From Monocercomonoides exilis PA203 (taxonomy: Eukaryota; Protista; Preaxostyla), in contig LSRY02000001.1 of the NCBI GenBank assembly GCA_001643675.2, forward strand, positions 558,001 through 622,000: a stretch of DNA of 64,000 nucleotides, in the 5' to 3' direction. Under the pieces are notes generated by a model. That model made no database searches and was not told the origin of the DNA. It saw only the letters and a program-made list of their open reading frames with translations. Both the position numbers and the translations under genes were made by a program. Every line of letters starts with the position of its first letter. The first letter of the stretch is position 1. Shown here piece by piece: positions 57,990 through 64,000 of the stretch.

Positions 57990-59851
57990 TGCTCATTCAA
58001 CAATACTCGCCAACGTTCTTCATCTTCTTCAGAAGACCCATCGCATTGTGTGTCCTCTTGTACGGAGTCTTTTATAGCCAACAATGCATTGCTCTGATGC
58101 AAAGATGATCATTCACATATTCATTGTCAGCTGTATGCCCGTTGATAAAGATTTATAAATCGAAATTCCAATTGCTTCTGTTCTGTCATGTCCAACAACC
58201 GAGTTGTCTTTCTGAGTGATGTTTCCCATGAAAGTGAACAAGGGCTCTTTCACAGAAGCGACAAGGGATTCACACACAAAATACACATCTCTTCAGACAC
58301 AGGTCTTGTTGGTTGAAAACACAATATTGGTGATGGAAAAGGTTGTGGATGACACTTGTGAACCTTCATTGAACTCGATCATGAGAGCGCCGCCTCTTCC
58401 TCCAGAACTTGTATCCTCGCTCACAGAGCAGGTGGAGAAGGCTGTGTTGCTCACTGAAAACGAGTTGGCAGACGCTGGTGAGGCGAATGAGATGCATCCG
58501 CCATTGGTGGCAGTTTGTTGGCTCAACTGTTCTGAGTTGACGTTGGTGATGGTGCAGTTGGCGAGGGAGAGGGAGGGGGCAGGGGAGGTGGCAGAGGAGA
58601 GGACACAGCTGGCGGGGGAGGCTGTGAAGGTGATGTGGGTGATGTTGGAGGAGTTGAGGGTGAGGGGAGCTGTGAGGGAGGTGAGGTGGAAGATGCTTTG
58701 GCTGTTGAGGGGGAGACTGGTGATTGCTGTGTGGTTGAGGGCGAGGGAGCCAGCAGTGAGGAAGAAGAGGGGTGTGGTGATTGAATTGGAGGTTGTTCCG
58801 GTGATGGTGGTTGTGTTGAGGTTGAGGGAAGGGGAGTTATCGGAGAGGTGGAAGAGGATGGGGGTGATTTGGTTTGTGGAGTTGTGGGCGATGGCGAGGG
58901 CAGAGACTGTGAGGGAGCCCTGGGTCTGTTGGAAGAGGGCAGAAGTGGCAGATGGATCTGGTGAAGAAGATGCAGATGAAAATGAAGAAAATGATGATGT
59001 TGTTTGTGATGACTGTGAATGTGAGTTTGGTGGCTGGGGAATGCCACTGGAGGCGATAGTGGTGGCAGTTGTGCCGTTTCCGGTGATTATGGTGTCAACC
59101 GCGCTGAAGGTTAGTGTTTGAACGGGAACAAATGTTGAGGCGAGGAGGGTGAGAGAAGCGTCTTGGAGGAGGGAAATGAAGCCGTTGAGGGCATACTCGA
59201 TGGTGGCACATGGGATTTGTTGGGGTCTGCCACAGACATCAGAATTAGTTCCACCATTTGCAACGATTTTGTTCTGGGCAATGAGGGGGAGCCAGTCATT
59301 GAAAGTTTCATTATCAGCTGTATTGTTATTCCACACTCTTTTCGTTAAGGTTGTTGATCCACAATTCTCAAATGGAGATGGGTGATGCTGCTTCCGTTGA
59401 AAAATACATCATTCCCTCTTCCATTAGTTGCTGTGTTACCATCAAAGAAGCAGAAAGTTATGAATTTCATTTCATTTATCCAGGAATATGTGTCTCTGAA
59501 AAACATAGCAGCTCCTTCATAAGTGGAAGAAGAGTTCAATTAATAATTTATAAACTGGCAATTATTTACCAAAAATTGGCTCGGTTTGTTGATTGAAGAA
59601 TAATGAAATGTGAGAGAACCAGCTGAATCTCCACTGGAATGTGAAATGCACTTGCATTTGGAAAACAGGAATTGAAAATTTAACTGATTATTATTTAGTC
59701 CAAAATACCAACCAGTTCCACGCCAATTTGTTATCGAACAACTTTCCACTCTGTTTTCTGAGAATGTCCAAGCAGAGTTAGATTGAGGATATTTTATTTC
59801 TGCAGATCCTGCATTCAAAGAAGAGTAACTTATGAAAATGTACTTCGCCAC
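57990..59851 (-). pseudogene. Fragment of a third receptor-family ectodomain gene with stops, frameshifts and no TM or kinase part
   Basis: Broken ORFs encode FCFFDGNTATNGRGNDVFF, DVCGRPQQIPCATIEYAL, NGGCISF and GRGGALMI. The frame breaks at ~59540, ~59340 and ~58295, and similarity decays near 58000. Confidence 0.8.
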
Positions 59852-60017
59852 TTAAGTTTGCTTCAAATATTAACTCCTTCTTTACGAAGCGCTGTTTTTT
59901 TAAAAAATGTTATATGATTATTTTAATAGAAAATGCATTCATAAATTTTTACATCATATATTCTCCGAAGAAATGTTTATCACTTCATATCTTCCCATAA
60001 TAAATTTTTGTTTTTTA

Positions 60018-60958
60018 ATGGAAAAAGAAATGATTGTTTGCGATGTTATTCTGTGATTAATCTATTTGCCTTTTGTTTAGGAAGAATCCCTTTCAGATTA
60101 TGAAATCGAAGAAAAAAAAACTGATGGAATACCTGCTTTTTTTCTGGATGCAGAAGAATTTTTGTGCGGAAAAGCAGATAAAACAATATCTACAGTGGAT
60201 TTTGATGCGAAAGGATCGCGCTTGATGCTTGGTTCTCTAGATGGAATGGTTTTATATTCGTAATTTCTTTCTCTTTTAATATTAAACTGTTAATTTTTCA
60301 GGTTTGCTATTGCGATTTTAACGGAATGAATTCAGCTGGAAACGCATATAGGGAGATTACTCCAACATACGGACATGCAATTAATGATCTTCACGTTTCG
60401 AAAAATGGAGGCTATGTTTTAATTGCTGCTGAACAAGAAAAAGCAATAATTTTGGACGGCGAAGGGGGCCTCGTAAAAGAGACCGAAGTTGGAGATCGCT
60501 ATATAAAGGACATTTCAACTACGAAGGGGCACATTGCGCCTGTTAATCGATGCCGTTGGAATCCGAGAGATGGAGTGGAATTTTTAACTTGTAGCAAAGA
60601 TGGTACTGTTAGAACCTGGGACGGAACAACCTTTCAACAGAAGTGCGTTGTAAAGGCGGGGCTGCGTGATGCGACGCACAAATCACGCGCTGCAGTAACG
60701 AGCTGCGCATATTCTGACGATGGGTCTCTGATTGTTGCTGGGCTTTCTGATGGAAGTGTTCAGGTGTGGAATGCAACGCGGGCAATGATCAATCCGAGCA
60801 GAGAGATTTTGAATGCGCACGAATACTCGAGCGACGGTCTGGATGACAAATCGGTGACGACTGTGGAGTTTATTGATATGTATTCGTTTGCCTCAAGAGG
60901 ACGCGATGGAGCATTGAAAGTGTGGGATTTGAGAATGTTGAAAAAGAAATCAAAAAGC

Positions 60959-60989
<31 letters not shown>

Positions 60990-62023
60990 CTTCTTCTTCC
61001 ACTCCATCGGGTATATCTTCTGCCGCTTCGTCTGCGTCCTCTTTTGAGCCACGATCTGCTCACATTGTTCCAAACCCAGGTGGTTTGGGAGGATTGTGCG
61101 TGGCGGAGGGGATAGGAATAATCGTGGCAGAGGGTAACTTGGAACAGAAAACGGGAAGGCTATGCATTTTTACAAATGACTGCTCAAAAATGCTAACTTC
61201 AATTGGTTTGAAATTTTTGTAAAGTCGAATTTCATCTAAATTATCAATATTTTATTGCAATTAAAAAATTTTTTCATGTATTTTTCAACTCATATTTGTC
61301 TATTTTGATTTATTGAATATTATTATTAAATTTATTTTAATTTTATTTCAACAATTTTTCCCCCCACACCTCCAGATTGCTCCGATGGGTACCCCACACA
61401 AGTAGTATACAACCGGACAATCAACCAGATTGCGTACGGGTACAGCGATTGTCGTGCTCATGTCGTGTACAACCGCAGCGCATCGAGATTTGGTGCCCTG
61501 AGATGTGTTGACAAGGCGTACCATGCCAAAGCAGCCGACCCGTCATTCAGCGTGGAGGCAGTGAATCCGCTGTCCAGGAAGTCGATGAAGGACCAATTTA
61601 GAGAGCTTAAGAGGAGGAGGGAAAAACCTGCAACTCGACGGATTCCGGAGCAGCTGAAAGAAGGCGATGGAAGCGGAGGGAAGCTTGGGGCAAGGACGTT
61701 GAAGGAATCGATGCTGCTGAAGATGATTGCGACGAACGAGGACGATCTCTTTGCGGATCCGAGAGAACAGCTGTTGAAACAGGCGAAGATTGCTGAAAGT
61801 TTGTTTGACAAATATGATTGCATTGAAATTTTTTTATAATTTTCATTTTTTTTTTCATTTTTTTCGCTTTGTTAAAAATTTATTTTCATGTTTATCAAAA
61901 CTTATTCTTCAATTTGTCAATTGTTTTGTTGTTGAAATAGCTCACAAGCTGATAAACACCTTGAAAGAGACGGAGAAGCGATTGAGGACAAACGACGGGC
62001 CTGAAGACGCGAAAGAAGAATGA
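60018..62023 (+). CDS. WDR70: WD40-repeat protein WDR70 (GAD-1 homolog), multi-exon
   Basis: KTISTVDFDAKGSRL, DFNGMN, GDRYIKDISTTKGH, FASRGRDGALKVWDLR, INQIAYG, GSGGKLG and DPREQLL correspond to WDR70 conserved blocks. Introns ~60036-60080, ~60249-60301, ~61206-61375 and 61799-61940. Confidence 0.9.
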
Positions 62024-62480
62024 GCTAATTTTTTTGGCATCCTTTGGAATGTGCCATTCACTTCGAAAGAAACTACCACTTCACACAAACTATCTCATTT
62101 CAAACATTTTTGATGGAATTATTTGTTTTGGCGTTACCATCTGTGATTTTTTTTTCAGTGTTAACCTTGAAAATGTGACAAATCCAATTGCAAACGAGTC
62201 TTTTCTCATGATAATGATTGTAAAAATGACATCTTCATGCTGAACAGAATTGTTCAACACATTCATAAATCAAAAGATTATTGAAAATTCCTTAAAACGT
62301 GAAATGGCTTGTGAATGACAAAAGAATATCGTTTGTGCAACATAAAAGATAACAATTTTATGGATATTTAAAAATAAGTAAATAAAAAAGCAATCCAAAG
62401 AACACAATATCCAACATAACTTCGCTTAAAAAAAATTGAGACAACAAAAAAGAAAAGAAAAGATAAAATAAGATAAGAAA

Positions 62481-64000
62481 TTATCTGACTTTCACTTTCT
62501 GCGTTCCTGGTCTGACCAACTCCTTTGGCTTCACTTTTGGTACTTCCTGTGAGCCCGAAGACGAAGAAGCAGATGGGGTTCCATTTTTGCTTCTCCGCTT
62601 CTCTCTCTCCTCTTGCAGCAGGCGCGCTTTGGTTAGCGTCTCTTCTTTCAGCTTCGCATACAGCGCTCTCCACTCCTCCTCCGTCAGTGAATCATCTATT
62701 TCTTCATTCTCTTCTTTTCCTCCTTCCTTTTTCTTGTTTTGCTGTGTTTTTCTTCTGTTTCTGAGCTCGGCTCTTCTTTTGTCCTTCTCCATTCTCTCTC
62801 TTTCGTGTCTTTCGACTTCTCCTCCCTTCGGGTCCCGCATCCAGTGAAACAGAGAGCGGTTCGGGAAATACAGCGGCCAGATGCCGCTCACTGCACAGCG
62901 CGACATTTCATCCGATTTTGATTTCTGAACACTTTTCTGTGGATGCGCATAGCAAGGGCGCTTATAGAGTGGGTAGATAACTTCCCACCAGTTGGCTAAT
63001 ATGCCTCGGTTGTATCTGTTTTTCAGAGGAACTTTCATGTCATCGGCAAGGTCTTCTTTGTAGCGCGGGGGGACATCACGGATAAATCCTTTTCCATCCA
63101 CGATTTTAGAGGCATCGGAGCGATTTTTCTTTAATTTGTCCCACTGGAAATATTATTGAATGGGAAAGAAAAGAAAAGAAAAGATTCAAAGAAAGAGAGA
63201 TTGAGAGAGATTGAGAGAGAGAGAGAGGAAGATAAAAAGAAAGAATAAATTTATTAATAAACACATATATCATTTTCACGAAAAGCACACTTTGAAAGTC
63301 TCAATGGTAGTTGTATTGACGGAGGCCAAGTAAACGTGATATGCGAAGAATGAGAAGAGAACAGCAAACAAACAGAGAGAAAACAGAAGAGTGACAATTG
63401 TCCATATGCGGAATCTGAGTAAAGCCTATTCAATGTTACACAGAAAATACGAGAAAGAGAGAGAAAGAGAGAGAAAGAGAGAGAGAAAGAGAGAGAAAGA
63501 GAGAGAGAAAGAGAGAGAAAGAGAATATTTCAAAAAATAAAATAAGAATAAGAATAAGAATAAAAGAACTAACTTGTATGGCAATCTGCATTCCGATTTT
63601 GATGATACGTCCATCTGGAAGTTTTATTGACTTTCCATAAACTCCTCCAACAGTCACGAATTTGTACAGAACTTCAATGCACATGAAAGCTAAATAAAAT
63701 GTTCAACAGAATTATAGAGCAAAAAAAAAAACATGTGAAAAAAAATATGAAAATACAAAAAATTGAAAAAAATGCATGAGGTTTATATGACAAATATCAA
63801 CATTGATAATATTTATTTTATATTGAGAAGATTCATAAAAAAAATAGCGAAAAATAAACAAAATCATTTTAAATTCATTATAACAAAAACATATTTCAAC
63901 AAAAACGATTGTAGTGAAAATGCATACTGATGTAGAAGCACGTTGCAGAATTCATAAAGAGAAATAGCAGAAAATAGCGATAGTTTCCAGCTCCAACACT
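62481..64000 (-). CDS. DHHC-type protein S-acyltransferase (Swf1/ZDHHC4-like), 3' portion; 5' end lies beyond the window
   Basis: The window end encodes VGAGNYRYFLLFL (end of the DHHC cysteine-rich domain). TM ...YHVYLASVNTTTIETFK contains the TTxE motif (~63295-63330), followed by NRYNRGILANWWEV. The DHHC motif itself is outside the window. Confidence 0.85.
63452..63523. repeat. (GAGAGAGAAA)n-type microsatellite in an intron of the DHHC gene
   Basis: Read directly. Confidence 0.85.

Overview
This is AT-rich eukaryotic (protist) genomic DNA with short GT-AG introns and the standard genetic code. The gene families and composition point to an oxymonad such as Monocercomonoides, which is an inference. 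Housekeeping-type genes are presenilin, an FG/NPF-repeat nucleoporin-like protein, a TMEM181/Wntless-like membrane protein, a divergent importin-alpha, WDR70 and the 3' part of a DHHC palmitoyltransferase. There is also a 2574-aa intronless protein with alpha-2-macroglobulin-like segments. Two lineage-expanded families are interspersed. The first encodes giant intronless single-pass receptors with modular beta-helix ectodomains and a strongly conserved C-lobe-only pseudokinase tail (2 intact copies, 1 fragment). The second is a helical-repeat family (3 copies, at least one decayed). Four DNA-transposon relics were read directly from the sequence: a Merlin-type MITE with an 8-bp TSD (2320-2800), a TA-flanked foldback element with 165-bp arms (20463-20827), a MITE with an 8-bp TSD and TGAC-rich subtermini (34143-34634), and an intron-containing pogo DD35D transposon (about 34915-37017). 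A ~200-bp degenerate direct repeat flanks the second receptor gene and lies just upstream of both that gene and importin-alpha. No tRNA, rRNA or CRISPR array was recognised.
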